Under the pieces are notes generated by a model. The model was not told where the DNA came from. It saw nothing but the letters and a program-made list of their open reading frames with translations, and made no database searches. From NCBI GenBank assembly GCA_904384245.1, contig CAJFJM010000002.1, positions 1-54,315 on the forward strand: a stretch of DNA of 54,315 nt, given 5' to 3'. The DNA comes from an uncultured Clostridia bacterium. GTDB taxonomy: Bacteria; Bacillota; Clostridia; TANB77; CAG-508. Both the position numbers and the translations under genes were made by a program. Below, piece after piece: positions 38,373 through 48,039 of the stretch (positions are counted from its first letter, which is position 1; each line of letters starts with the position of its first letter).

Positions 38373-39692
38373 TTATATTTTTATAATATCAGATATATTC
38401 TTTTTCAAAACTCTTTTATTTATGAAGAATGTATTTATACTTTCTATTAGAATTATGATAGAAAAAATAATTAGTACAATGCTATAATTTATTTTTTGTG
38501 GAATTTTTTTTATCAAGAAAAGTTGTTCCCTTATTTTATATAAAGTTAAACTTACTGTTTCTTTTTGGATTATGCAGTCTATTAAAAAATTCCCTATTAC
38601 TTGTAGTAATTTATATAAAATAAAAGCAATTATAAAACTTATTATACAAACAATTATATTTTCAAATATTGTAATTATTTGTATATATTTATCTTTATAT
38701 CCTTCTATTTTTAGAACTCCTAATTCTGTGGCTGATATATATGTTTTATTTACATTAGTTGCTACTAATATAAATATTAAAATCACAAATGAAGAGACTG
38801 ATAGAAAAAATGCTATATTTTTAATTATTTGTAATGTTTCTATATTGAGATTTGTTGTAGATATAAAATTTGTTTCTTCAATACCTACTTCTTTATCACT
38901 AGAAGCATCTATTTGTATTTTAGTTTTTTTTAAAATTCCTTCTTCTGTTAATTTATTTCTTACTTCATTTAGATTTTCTACTTTATCTACTACTACATTC
39001 ATATAATATTCTGAAAAAGAAGCTCCTAATTCTTCGTTTAATAATTTTATTGTTGTCTTAGGTATATATATAGTTTGAGTGTCATCATATTTACTACTAT
39101 CATAAATTCCTATTACTTTAAAATCTTTATAAAGTTCTTTATTGTCACCTTCTATTTTCATTCTAATATTTTTGCCTAATAATTCTTCTCCATTTATGTA
39201 TTCATCTTCTAATATTGGATTTTCAAATGTTCTATTTGTATTGCTATCTGCATATATTTTATCTGGTATTATAATAACATATTGGTCATCATCACTTATT
39301 TTTCTTCCCTTAATTACTTCTGGAGAGGTTTTTGCGTTTGTTGGTGTTTCGTAGACTTTTCCGTCTGTTTTTCCATTTTGGAATTTCTCGCATGTTACTA
39401 TTGCAACTATTCTAGATTCGTATTGATCTACTATCATATCTATATTGTTGATAAATAATAATTTTTCAATAATTTCTTTATAGTCTGCAGGTGTATAATT
39501 TATTCCAGAAATTGTCCTCATATTAATATTAAATCCTATATCAATGACATATGATTGCATTGAATATTGTATTGTTATTGAAAATAATATTAATATTATT
39601 ATAATAATTAAGGGAATAAGAATTATTGCATTTCTTTTTCTATTTTTTATTGCTCTTTGAATAGATAATTTCAATATTGTACTAAAATTCAT
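38373..39692 (-). CDS. FtsX/MacB-type ABC transporter permease with a large extracytoplasmic domain
   Basis: 439 aa. One N-terminal TM helix, a ~260-aa external domain and three C-terminal TM helices. The start abuts the stop of the ATPase gene. Confidence 0.75.
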   Translation of the reverse strand: MNFSTILKLSIQRAIKNRKRNAIILIPLIIIIILILFSITIQYSMQSYVIDIGFNINMRTISGINYTPADYKEIIEKLLFINNIDMIVDQYESRIVAIVTCEKFQNGKTDGKVYETPTNAKTSPEVIKGRKISDDDQYVIIIPDKIYADSNTNRTFENPILEDEYINGEELLGKNIRMKIEGDNKELYKDFKVIGIYDSSKYDDTQTIYIPKTTIKLLNEELGASFSEYYMNVVVDKVENLNEVRNKLTEEGILKKTKIQIDASSDKEVGIEETNFISTTNLNIETLQIIKNIAFFLSVSSFVILIFILVATNVNKTYISATELGVLKIEGYKDKYIQIITIFENIIVCIISFIIAFILYKLLQVIGNFLIDCIIQKETVSLTLYKIREQLFLIKKIPQKINYSIVLIIFSIIILIESINTFFINKRVLKKNISDIIKI

Positions 39693-40361
39693 TTATTTTA
39701 ATTTTCCTTCTTCTAAATTTAATATTATATCAGCATATTTTTTTACGACGTTACTATGTGAAACTATTATTACGCATTTTCCATTCTTGCTTAAGCTATT
39801 TAATATTTCAAAAATTTTTTGTTCATTATTTTTATCCAAATTTCCTGTTGGTTCATCAGCCAATATTATATCTGGTTTATTTGCTAATGCTCTTGCAATT
39901 GCAACTCTTTGTTGTTCTCCACCTGATAATTCCTTTGGATAATGCTTTTTTCTTTGGCTTAATCCCATCATTTCAATTAATTCGTTTGTTCTTTGCTTTT
40001 TTGCAGTTTTATCATATTCTTTATTTATGTACATTGGTTGCATTATATTTTCTTGAACAGTCATATATTGGTTTAAATAAAATTCTTGAAATATAAAACC
40101 TATTTTCTTCATTCTTATATATGCTTTTTCATTTTCTTTTAGTCTTAATATTTCTTCACTATCGATTAACATTTTTCCACTTGTTAGTACATCTAACGTT
40201 CCTAATATATTTAATAGTGTGGTTTTTCCACTACCGGAATTACCCATTATTGCATATGTTTTTCCTTCTTCGAATTTTGTATTAATATTATTTAAAACAA
40301 CTATTTTTTCTTTGTTTTTTATATATTCTTTATATCCATTTACAATTTCGATTTTTGACAT
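39693..40361 (-). CDS. ABC transporter ATP-binding protein (MacB/LolD-like)
   Basis: 222 aa. GNSGSGKTTLLN, LSGGEQQRVAIARAL, ILADEPTGNLD. Confidence 0.92.
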   Translation of the reverse strand: MSKIEIVNGYKEYIKNKEKIVVLNNINTKFEEGKTYAIMGNSGSGKTTLLNILGTLDVLTSGKMLIDSEEILRLKENEKAYIRMKKIGFIFQEFYLNQYMTVQENIMQPMYINKEYDKTAKKQRTNELIEMMGLSQRKKHYPKELSGGEQQRVAIARALANKPDIILADEPTGNLDKNNEQKIFEILNSLSKNGKCVIIVSHSNVVKKYADIILNLEEGKLK

Positions 40362-40619
40362 TTTTTTCTCCTAATTATTTAAAATATCTTGTAATTTAAA
40401 TTTTTATTTTTTAATATAATATAATAAAAATTATTTAATTACAAGATATTTTTTATTCTCTATATTTAATATTCTTATATAATAAATTTCTTTTACATTT
40501 TTTAATATGTTATTACAACATTCATAGGATTATAATATGTTCCATACATTGTAAAAAATACATATATATTTGTTTCACTGGTTAAGCTACTTGCTGGCCA
40601 GCTTAATGTATAATATAGA

Positions 40620-41429
40620 TTACTTAAAAAACTTTTTATTTAAGGTTCTTGTTTTAATGATAAAAATTGGTATTATTATTATTATCAAATTAATAATTAT
40701 CTCTCTAATAATATTTCTATAAATTTTTATTTTTAATATATCAGCAATAAGATATAAAAATAGTTGTGAAATAATTATTCCTAAAAAAAATCCTATAAAT
40801 GTTATTGAAAATAATTTTATAAAAATTATTGATTTAATCTTTCTTTTAGTATATCCAAAAATTACCAAATTTTTTATATCTTTAATTTCATTTTTTATAA
40901 CATTATTACATACTACAATAAAAATTAATACTGCTATAATAATTGAAAAATACTTTATAATATTAGAATAGCTTCTTACATTTTTATAGTTTTCGTAGAA
41001 TGTCTCTTCTGCTTGATAATATGTATCTATTCCTCTGTTATCTAAATACTGTTTTATATCAATACAATCCTTCCAGTCATTTAATTCTATATATATATAA
41101 TTTGCAGAACTTGTACCATAATTTACTTCTTTTGTTCTTATATTTTTTACTTGTTTTTTACCATTTAATATCTCTTTTAAATCTTCAACTGATGTGTTAG
41201 TACTATCAGACAATTGAAGTGTTTTAAATGAATTAACCAATTCATCATAGTTAATACTATACATTTCTATAGCTTCATTTATATAGTTTTCAACTTGATA
41301 ATTATAATAGGAATCTATGAAAGTTTTCAAATTTAATGATATGTTTAATATTATAAATAAAATGATTACAATTATTATATAGATTAAATTAGATTTATTC
41401 TTTAATGTAGATTTAATTTCATTTAACAT
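40620..41429 (-). CDS. Small FtsX-like permease / membrane protein
   Basis: 269 aa. TM helix, ~140-aa external segment, then three TM helices (FtsX topology). Sequence-level assignment is tentative. Confidence 0.5.
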   Translation of the reverse strand: MLNEIKSTLKNKSNLIYIIIVIILFIILNISLNLKTFIDSYYNYQVENYINEAIEMYSINYDELVNSFKTLQLSDSTNTSVEDLKEILNGKKQVKNIRTKEVNYGTSSANYIYIELNDWKDCIDIKQYLDNRGIDTYYQAEETFYENYKNVRSYSNIIKYFSIIIAVLIFIVVCNNVIKNEIKDIKNLVIFGYTKRKIKSIIFIKLFSITFIGFFLGIIISQLFLYLIADILKIKIYRNIIREIIINLIIIIIPIFIIKTRTLNKKFFK

Positions 41430-42370
41430 TTTTCATCACTCACTTTAATAATTAATAAATATTGGTAATAATTTTTTTCTTAAAGATTTTTTTAATTATT
41501 TTTTTACTAATTCTATACTATTGTGACTTTCAAAATCGACGTTATTTTATATAATAATACAAATTAATTTTAGAAAAGTAAAAAAAATTAAAAAAAATCT
41601 TGAATTTTGATTTCATCTTAACTATTAGTATATTCTTTGTAAAGTTCTTAATAAACTTTCTAAGGGATTTTTTTATCATTTCTATTCTATTTAATTTCAT
41701 TATTTATACTATAATGAAAATTAATAATCTAATATATACGAAAATCAAAAATTTAATGTTACAATTCTCTTAGAGTTCTTCTCTACAAAAATAAAGAATA
41801 TATTGTAGTTTTAAAAAGTAATCTCTAGATTTTGCTTAAAAATAGAATTTGCTTTACAAAATGTAAATATAAAAATTAAAACCTTTCGCTTGAAACATTT
41901 TTTAATTAGTTATTGATTAAATTATTTGTTAATAAAAAATACTCTTTTTTAGCTTCAATCTTAAGTATATATCAGAGTGAAATTTTTAGAATTAAAACAT
42001 TTTTTATAATTATTTAAATGAATATTCATATTATCAATAAGATAAGTAGAATTTTTTGAAAATTTATCAAATAATTATTAAACTGAGTAATTTTAGTTAA
42101 TAAATAACATATAACTAATTTTAAAACATTCTTAATTTTTATATTGCTAAAGTTACTGTATCTTTATTTTTTCTAATACTTTTCTATTTATTATATCACA
42201 ATAAGATGATAGAAAAACAAAAAAATAAAAAAAGCTAATAATTTTGGTTAATTACAAAAGTATATTCCAGTTTTAGGACAAATCTGGAATTTACTTTTAA
42301 CCTTAAATTGATGGAGAATTTTATGATATTACATTTGATAATTTCAATAGTATGATATAACCCGAGTATG

Positions 42371-43513
42371 TCAATCAAAATATGCTTGATAACCACCTAT
42401 TATTTCTCCTGTTGTAGCATCTATATAATAATATTTGTTCATTCCTTCTTTTACATATTGATTATGATCCATATAGTCTTTCCATTCTGCATCATGTTCT
42501 ACTTTTATTTTCCATACTTTTCTTGTTATATTTTCAGTTTTGTAATATGTTTCATCTTCCGTAGAACCTGTAATATCATATTTATCATTTTCAAGTTGAT
42601 ATATAAAAGCATTCATTTTTTCTATTGATAAACTGCTTGTAATATTAGTAATTTTATTTGGACTTAACTCTTGTTCTTTGTTTGTAGCAATATTTATGGC
42701 TTGTTCTTCGGTAATTACTACTGGATTATTTTGAAAAGTATTATCATTATTTACTGAAACTGAATTTAGATATACTTCTCCATTATAATTCAAAAAAGAA
42801 ACATTAAAAGATTCATTCTTATTTGGTATTCCATCATAATATTTATAGAAATTTGCAACTAATAATATATTTGTTTGATTTTGGAAAGCATTGTTTTCGG
42901 CACTGGTTTTAGATAAAGTATATTTACCTTCTTCTATACCTAACTTGTTATATATATCTGTGGCTACTTTGGCGATTTCTTCAGCATTTAATTCTTGTGA
43001 ATCAAGATGTTTATATTTTAAGTCCATATCATTAAATGCAATAAATTCTCCTCCTTTAGCATTTAATTGAACCATAAGACCTTCTTCATATCCCCATTTT
43101 GTTTTTAGCATGTAATAACTGTCAGTATCTTCATCATATCCTCTTTTTAATTCTATTCTATTTATTGTTTGATTTTTATAACCTAATTTTTCTAATATTT
43201 CTAGTCCTTTTTCTTTTGCTTCCTCTTCACTTATCAATTCTTTCTTTTCTTCTTCTGTGACTTCTTCTGGTGGTAATTCATTTATCATTTCTTCATGTGT
43301 ATAACTTTTTGGCTCTTTCCATATTTTTTCATATATATTTGTTGTGGCATATACTATTCCTGTTCCTAATCCTAATACAACTAATATTGTTGCAACTGAT
43401 TTTGATATTTTGTTTATTTTTGGCATACTTTTTTCCTCCTCTGTAAATTTGGATACAGCTATTTTCATTTGTGATTTTTCTATTATATTTTTAATTATTT
43501 TGTTTTCATTCAT
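42371..43513 (-). CDS. Membrane-anchored PepSY-repeat protein, putative anti-sigma factor
   Basis: 380 aa. A cytoplasmic N-terminus, a single TM helix (VATILVVLGLGTGIVY) and external PepSY-like repeats (ISEEEAKEKGLEILEKLG; ITEEQAINIA...YYIDATTGEIIGG). Its start overlaps the end of the sigma gene by 8 nt. Confidence 0.45.
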   Translation of the reverse strand: MNENKIIKNIIEKSQMKIAVSKFTEEEKSMPKINKISKSVATILVVLGLGTGIVYATTNIYEKIWKEPKSYTHEEMINELPPEEVTEEEKKELISEEEAKEKGLEILEKLGYKNQTINRIELKRGYDEDTDSYYMLKTKWGYEEGLMVQLNAKGGEFIAFNDMDLKYKHLDSQELNAEEIAKVATDIYNKLGIEEGKYTLSKTSAENNAFQNQTNILLVANFYKYYDGIPNKNESFNVSFLNYNGEVYLNSVSVNNDNTFQNNPVVITEEQAINIATNKEQELSPNKITNITSSLSIEKMNAFIYQLENDKYDITGSTEDETYYKTENITRKVWKIKVEHDAEWKDYMDHNQYVKEGMNKYYYIDATTGEIIGGYQAYFD

Positions 43514-43985
43514 AACTATACCCCCTTTTTTCTAATTCTTTTTTTAGTTTTTTTCTTATTCTGGATAATCTTGATTTTACTTTTATTTCTGATATGTTAA
43601 GTTCTTTAGATATTTCTTTTATTTTTTTTGAATAATAGTAATAATTTGTAAAAATTCTTCTATCTTCTTCTTTCATTTTTAATAGTTCTTCTATGATAAT
43701 TCTTGACTGCTCATCTTTTTCTGCTTTATTATGAATATCTATATTTTCATGTATGGATTTTTCAAAAACTTCTATATTTAATGTAGTTTTTTTAATTTTT
43801 TTTTGCTTTTTTAAAATTAAATTTTTTGTGATTCCTGCAATATATGGGGTTATTTCTTTGTTTATTTCTAATTTGTTTCTGCTTTGCCATATTGCAAGAA
43901 ATACATCTGAAGCTATTTCTTCTATATCTTCATTGTTAAAACCGTATTTACTATTTTTTATAATGACATAAACATATCCGAGCAT
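43506..43985 (-). CDS. ECF-type sigma-70 family sigma factor. The N-terminal 24 codons lie in another frame at 43984-44055, an apparent frameshift.
   Basis: Region 2 (DIEEIASDVFLAIWQS) and region 4 (KEISKELNISEIKVKSRLSRIRKKL) are present. An upstream ATG at 44055 gives MSNKKIKEYISNGQIDIEKIIKDYA, which joins GYVYVIIKNS if one C (plus-strand G at 43980) is removed. Confidence 0.75.
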   Translation of the reverse strand: MLGYVYVIIKNSKYGFNNEDIEEIASDVFLAIWQSRNKLEINKEITPYIAGITKNLILKKQKKIKKTTLNIEVFEKSIHENIDIHNKAEKDEQSRIIIEELLKMKEEDRRIFTNYYYYSKKIKEISKELNISEIKVKSRLSRIRKKLKKELEKRGYSYE

Positions 43986-44332
43986 AGTCTTTTATTATTT
44001 TTTCTATATCAATTTGTCCGTTAGAAATATATTCCTTTATTTTTTTATTACTCATTTTGTTTAGAGCTCCTTTTTAGATATCTATTTATATATTACCATT
44101 TTCTTTAAAAAGGTAACATTATTTTTAAAAATTGAAAAAATATTAAAATGATAAAGTAATAATTTATGTTATAATTGGTAAAATAGTTGAAAATTAAGAT
44201 GAAAAAAATATGAACAAAACAAATAAAGAGTATGAAAATTTTCTACTCTTTACTTATTATAAAATTTTATTAACTATATTTTTTAAGCTTTTATATAAAA
44301 ATATTTTATGGAATATTATCAATAGCATAAAA

Positions 44333-44983
44333 TTAATTAAATTTTATTACAAATTCTATGTCATCAAGTCCTAGTGATTTTGCTGGTTGAGAATTTATGC
44401 TATATTCTAAATCAAATAATCTTATTGTTAATTGTTTTGGACTAGATTTTAAGTTTGTTGCGAATGTTTTGCTAACTATAGATATATTTTGAGTAATATT
44501 ATCTTTTTCTCTTCCTATAGAAACCATATGGTCTGGAATGTTTTCATATGATGTTTCTGAATATTTTTCGTATAAGAATCCTTTCATGTATTTTAAACCA
44601 TTTTCAGAATGGTAATCTGCAGCTAATATATTATTTTTTTTATCAAATATTAAATATTGTAATGATTTTATAACAACTGGTAGGTTTGTTTCGTTTGAAA
44701 ATTTTATAGTTGTTAATAGTAAATTATTATCTTCTCCTTCTACACCAGTTGAATATTCATCATTTCCTTCTGGATAATATTTTAGACTTTCTAAACTTAT
44801 TGTTAAATCATCAAGTTCAATAGAATTATTTTCGGTAAAATCTATTACTTTACTAAGTGTTTTTCTGTTGTTGTAATCTTTAATATAGCTTGAATATATA
44901 ATTCTGTTCATTATGTATACAATGCCTAGTGAAACAATAATTACTGCGAGCATATTTAATATTATTTTTGATGATTTTTTCAT
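44333..44983 (-). CDS. Hypothetical membrane-anchored protein
   Basis: MKKSSKIILNMLAVIIVSLGIVYI is a signal anchor. The ATG at 44983 lies 8 nt after the SD aaggag. I recognise no motif. Confidence 0.5.
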   Translation of the reverse strand: MKKSSKIILNMLAVIIVSLGIVYIMNRIIYSSYIKDYNNRKTLSKVIDFTENNSIELDDLTISLESLKYYPEGNDEYSTGVEGEDNNLLLTTIKFSNETNLPVVIKSLQYLIFDKKNNILAADYHSENGLKYMKGFLYEKYSETSYENIPDHMVSIGREKDNITQNISIVSKTFATNLKSSPKQLTIRLFDLEYSINSQPAKSLGLDDIEFVIKFN

Positions 44984-45325
44984 AAAAACCACTCCTTTTC
45001 TTTATTTACAAAAGGTAAATATATAATTTAAAATCTTTTGTTTGAAGCTTTTTTTAATTTGTTATTGACTTTATTATTTTAAATCGCTTTATATTACTAT
45101 AATAGCAGACTTTTGCAAATTTTTCAAATGATGAAAAAAGTTTAAATCAGCAAACAAAAATAACCAACAAAAAAACACATCTGTAATTTGGCTGTTGTAG
45201 ATGTGTTTTTCATATTTGACATAGTTGGCATTTACCTTTGATGGTAGATGCTTTTTAAATACTATTTATTATATTACAAAAATGTGATATATTATTGTAA
45301 AATAATAAGTAAAGGATGCAGTGTT

Positions 45326-46270
45326 TTGAAAATAAATGATAAAGAATTAGAAAAAGTTTTTCTTGATATAAAACAAAATAAAATAAAAGGAATTGAAGAA
45401 TTATATAGCAAATATAAAAAAGTAGTTTATGGTGTAGCATTTACTATTTCTAAAAATAAAGAAGATAGTGAAGATATTATGCAAATGATATTTGCTAAGA
45501 TATATGAAATGGAAAATTCCAAATTGCCAACCAATAACTATGCTTCATGGCTTTATTCAACTACGAAAAATGAAACAATTAATTTTTTAAAAAAGAAGAA
45601 AAATCATATTCCAATAGACAAAATATATGAAATATCAGATGATAATAATGAACTAAATAAAGTAATTGATAATGTGGATTTTAATAAGTTAATAAGTAAA
45701 TTAAATGATAAAGAAAAAGAAATTATATCATTAAAAATAATATCTAATTTTTCATTTGAAGAAATATCAAAATTGTTAAAAGAGCCTGTTGGAACAGTAA
45801 AATGGAGATACTATAAAAGTATATATTCTCTAAAAGTAATTTTAGGAAACTTGGCAATGTTTATAGTATCTTTTGGAATAGGAATAAAAGCATTAGTATC
45901 AAACAGAAAAAGTGAAAATATTAGTCGACAAGAAAATGCAAAGCAAAATATACAAGTACAAGAAGATAAAACAAATACTACTATATCAGATGAGAATATT
46001 TTTCAAGACAAATCTGAAAGTTATAATAGTGAAACTACACTAGAAGAAAGTATTAGACAAGACATAAGTACTACTAATGGAACTACAAATATAACACAAG
46101 ATACTAATACTACTACTAAAGAAAATACAATTTATGAAGAACAACCAATCAATAATTATAATCAATATATAGGATATAGTTTTTTAGGTATATCTATTGT
46201 ATTTTTAGTAATATCTTTATATTTTTTCATAAAATGCCAACTAAAACACATAAGAAAATTGTCTAAATAA
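45326..46270 (+). CDS. Sigma-70 family (ECF-like) sigma factor fused to a C-terminal two-TM extension
   Basis: Region 2 (DSEDIMQMIFAKIYEM...ASWLYSTTKNETINFLKK) and region 4 (FSFEEISKLLKEPVGTVKWRYYKSI) are followed by a TM helix (LAMFIVSFGIGIKALV), an N/T/Q-rich spacer and a second TM helix. I prefer the TTG start at 45326 after aaagga; the ORF track starts at 45248. Confidence 0.65.
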   Translation: MKINDKELEKVFLDIKQNKIKGIEELYSKYKKVVYGVAFTISKNKEDSEDIMQMIFAKIYEMENSKLPTNNYASWLYSTTKNETINFLKKKKNHIPIDKIYEISDDNNELNKVIDNVDFNKLISKLNDKEKEIISLKIISNFSFEEISKLLKEPVGTVKWRYYKSIYSLKVILGNLAMFIVSFGIGIKALVSNRKSENISRQENAKQNIQVQEDKTNTTISDENIFQDKSESYNSETTLEESIRQDISTTNGTTNITQDTNTTTKENTIYEEQPINNYNQYIGYSFLGISIVFLVISLYFFIKCQLKHIRKLSK

Positions 46271-46293
46271 TAGAAAGGTAAAAGGTGGTATGA

Positions 46294-47004
46294 ATGAAAA
46301 AGAAAGTTTTAATTATTATAGGAATAGTAATCGTTTTATTGGTAGTAATATATGGAGTTATATTTTTTGTTGATTATAACAATGTTTCGAATGGTAAATT
46401 GCCTATTTTTGCAATAAAGTCTGATATAGAAAATTATCATGGACTAGGTTACGCAGTAAATGTAAAATACTATAAAAATACTAATAATATTGAAACAATA
46501 GATATGTCTGCATTTGGTAAAACAATAGCAGGAGCAATTTTTAATTATGATGAAGTGAATAATGATATTATCATTATTGAAGATGGGAAAATACAAAACG
46601 AAAATTTATTAGATACATTTCTAAAAAATGCAGGTAATAAAGAGCCTTCAACTTTACAAATAAATAATATTTCAAATGGAAGTACAGAAACAATTACATT
46701 AGAATATGTACCAGGTGAAAATGATATAAAAAATGATACTTTATCAGAAAATACAACTGTAAATTCTATTGCTCCTGATAGCGATTGGACTTCTGCAGAT
46801 TACCAAAAATATTATGGATATTATAAAATGATTAAAAATGATAAAGAAGAAAAATTTGATAAATTCCATTGGGGAATAAAAAGACAAACAACTGAAAATA
46901 CAGTACAAGTTATATTTTATACTGATTATTTTAAATTTGATTTACTTGAAATACCAGTAATATTTGAGATTATTTTAAATTTGATTTACTTGAAATACCA
47001 GTAA
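46294..47004 (+). CDS. Membrane-anchored hypothetical protein, 5' part of a gene split by a 44-bp tandem duplication (possible DUF4362-like segment)
   Basis: N-terminal TM helix. IIIIEDGKIQNENLLDTFLKNAGNKEPSTLQINNISNGSTETITLEY resembles DUF4362 (from memory). The frame is lost inside the duplicated unit. Confidence 0.55.
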   Translation: MKKKVLIIIGIVIVLLVVIYGVIFFVDYNNVSNGKLPIFAIKSDIENYHGLGYAVNVKYYKNTNNIETIDMSAFGKTIAGAIFNYDEVNNDIIIIEDGKIQNENLLDTFLKNAGNKEPSTLQINNISNGSTETITLEYVPGENDIKNDTLSENTTVNSIAPDSDWTSADYQKYYGYYKMIKNDKEEKFDKFHWGIKRQTTENTVQVIFYTDYFKFDLLEIPVIFEIILNLIYLKYQ

Positions 47005-47011
47005 TATTTGA
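46924..47011 (+). repeat. Exact 44-bp tandem duplication (2 copies)
   Basis: gattattttaaatttgatttacttgaaataccagtaatatttga occurs at 46924-46967 and again at 46968-47011. I checked it base by base. Confidence 0.95.
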
Positions 47012-47075
47012 ATATAATTTAGATAGTTCTTTATATGAAAAAACATATGATTTAACATATCATGGAAGAAAAGAT

Positions 47076-47444
47076 ATGGGAATAAAACAAATTGCAAAAG
47101 CCAATCAGTTTGATAATATTGATTATGAATTATACACACTTGCAGGAGATGTAACAGTTACAATAGAACAAGATATGGTATATTCATTAGAAGATGCGTT
47201 AAATCAGAAAATAATAAGTGTTCAAAGTATTTTAGATCAAGCAAAATTGGATGCAAAATATGGAATTTGTGAAATTGCATTTTATAGTGATGGTGGAAGT
47301 ATTGAATATAGATATAAAGATTATACATTATTAAAATTTAATTCATTAAATGACAATAAAGATTTAATAATAGGAATGCCTGGTTCTATTATAAATAATG
47401 AACTGTTAAAAAATGAAAGTTACAAAAATACAGATAATATTTAA
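47076..47444 (+). CDS. 3' part of the gene split by the 44-bp duplication
   Basis: Deleting one repeat unit joins ...EIPVIFE to YNLDSSLYEKTYDLTYHGRKDMGIKQIAK... in frame, giving 368 codons in total. Confidence 0.6.
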   Translation: MGIKQIAKANQFDNIDYELYTLAGDVTVTIEQDMVYSLEDALNQKIISVQSILDQAKLDAKYGICEIAFYSDGGSIEYRYKDYTLLKFNSLNDNKDLIIGMPGSIINNELLKNESYKNTDNI

Positions 47445-47474
47445 TATTATTTAATGTATTAGGAGGTGACTTAA

Positions 47475-47693
47475 ATGAAAAATAAAACATTAGTAGTTTT
47501 AATAATTGTAATATTGTTTATTTTATTAATACCAATACCAATGTACCTAAATGATGGAGGAACAGTTGAATATAAAGCAATACTTTATAAAATATCAAAT
47601 GTTCATAGATTAACGGGAGATTTAGGAAAAGAATATGAAGATGGAACTATAATAGAAATATTAGGATTTGAAGTTTTTAATAATGTTAAATAA
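47475..47693 (+). CDS. Small membrane-anchored hypothetical protein
   Basis: 72 aa with the SD aggaggtga 6 nt upstream and an N-terminal TM helix. I recognise no family. Confidence 0.55.
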   Translation: MKNKTLVVLIIVILFILLIPIPMYLNDGGTVEYKAILYKISNVHRLTGDLGKEYEDGTIIEILGFEVFNNVK

Positions 47694-47832
47694 AATAGAA
47701 GATAAGCAATTAGACAACGACTAAATTATGTAGTAATATATATTTTGATAGAATAGATTTCGCGGTCTACTCTATTATTATATAAAAAAGCCAATCATCA
47801 AGAGCTTCCCTCAAAACGAATGACTTTTATAA

Positions 47833-47909
47833 TGGAGCCACTTCCCAGATTCGAACTGGGGACCCTCGCATTACAAGTGCGATGCTCTGGCCAGCTGAGC
47901 TAAAGTGGC
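47833..47909 (-). tRNA. tRNA-Thr (anticodon UGU), CCA encoded
   Basis: Hand-folded. Acceptor gccactt/aagtggc, anticodon stem tcgca/tgcga with loop ctTGTaa, T arm cccag-ttcgaat-ctggg. Confidence 0.9.
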
Positions 47910-47925
47910 AATAATATTTAATTGT

Positions 47926-48000
47926 TGGTGACCCCGACGGGAATCGAACCCATGTCTCCGCCGTGAAAGGGCGATGTCTTAACCTCTTGACCACGGGGCC
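47926..48000 (-). tRNA. tRNA-Glu (anticodon UUC), CCA encoded
   Basis: Hand-folded. Acceptor ggccccg/cggggtc, anticodon loop ctTTCac, T loop ttcgatt. Confidence 0.9.
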
Positions 48001-48039
48001 TTATAAATAAAGAACTAAATGTTTATATATTTAGTTCTT

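Noticed and set aside
40502-40549. A 15-codon ORF (MYGTYYNPMNVVITY) between the two transporter loci might be a peptide or bacteriocin precursor
   Set aside because: It has no Shine-Dalgarno sequence, leader or double-glycine motif, and no modification genes are nearby. ORFs of this length are expected by chance.
45172-45212. A hairpin acacatct-N-agatgtgt with T-runs on both strands, between the divergent genes at 44983 and 45326, might mark a small RNA
   Set aside because: I found no convincing promoter at a suitable distance. TTGACT at 45065 is followed by a poor -10 element, and the TATAAT at 45098 lacks a -35 element. The evidence is too weak to call a feature.
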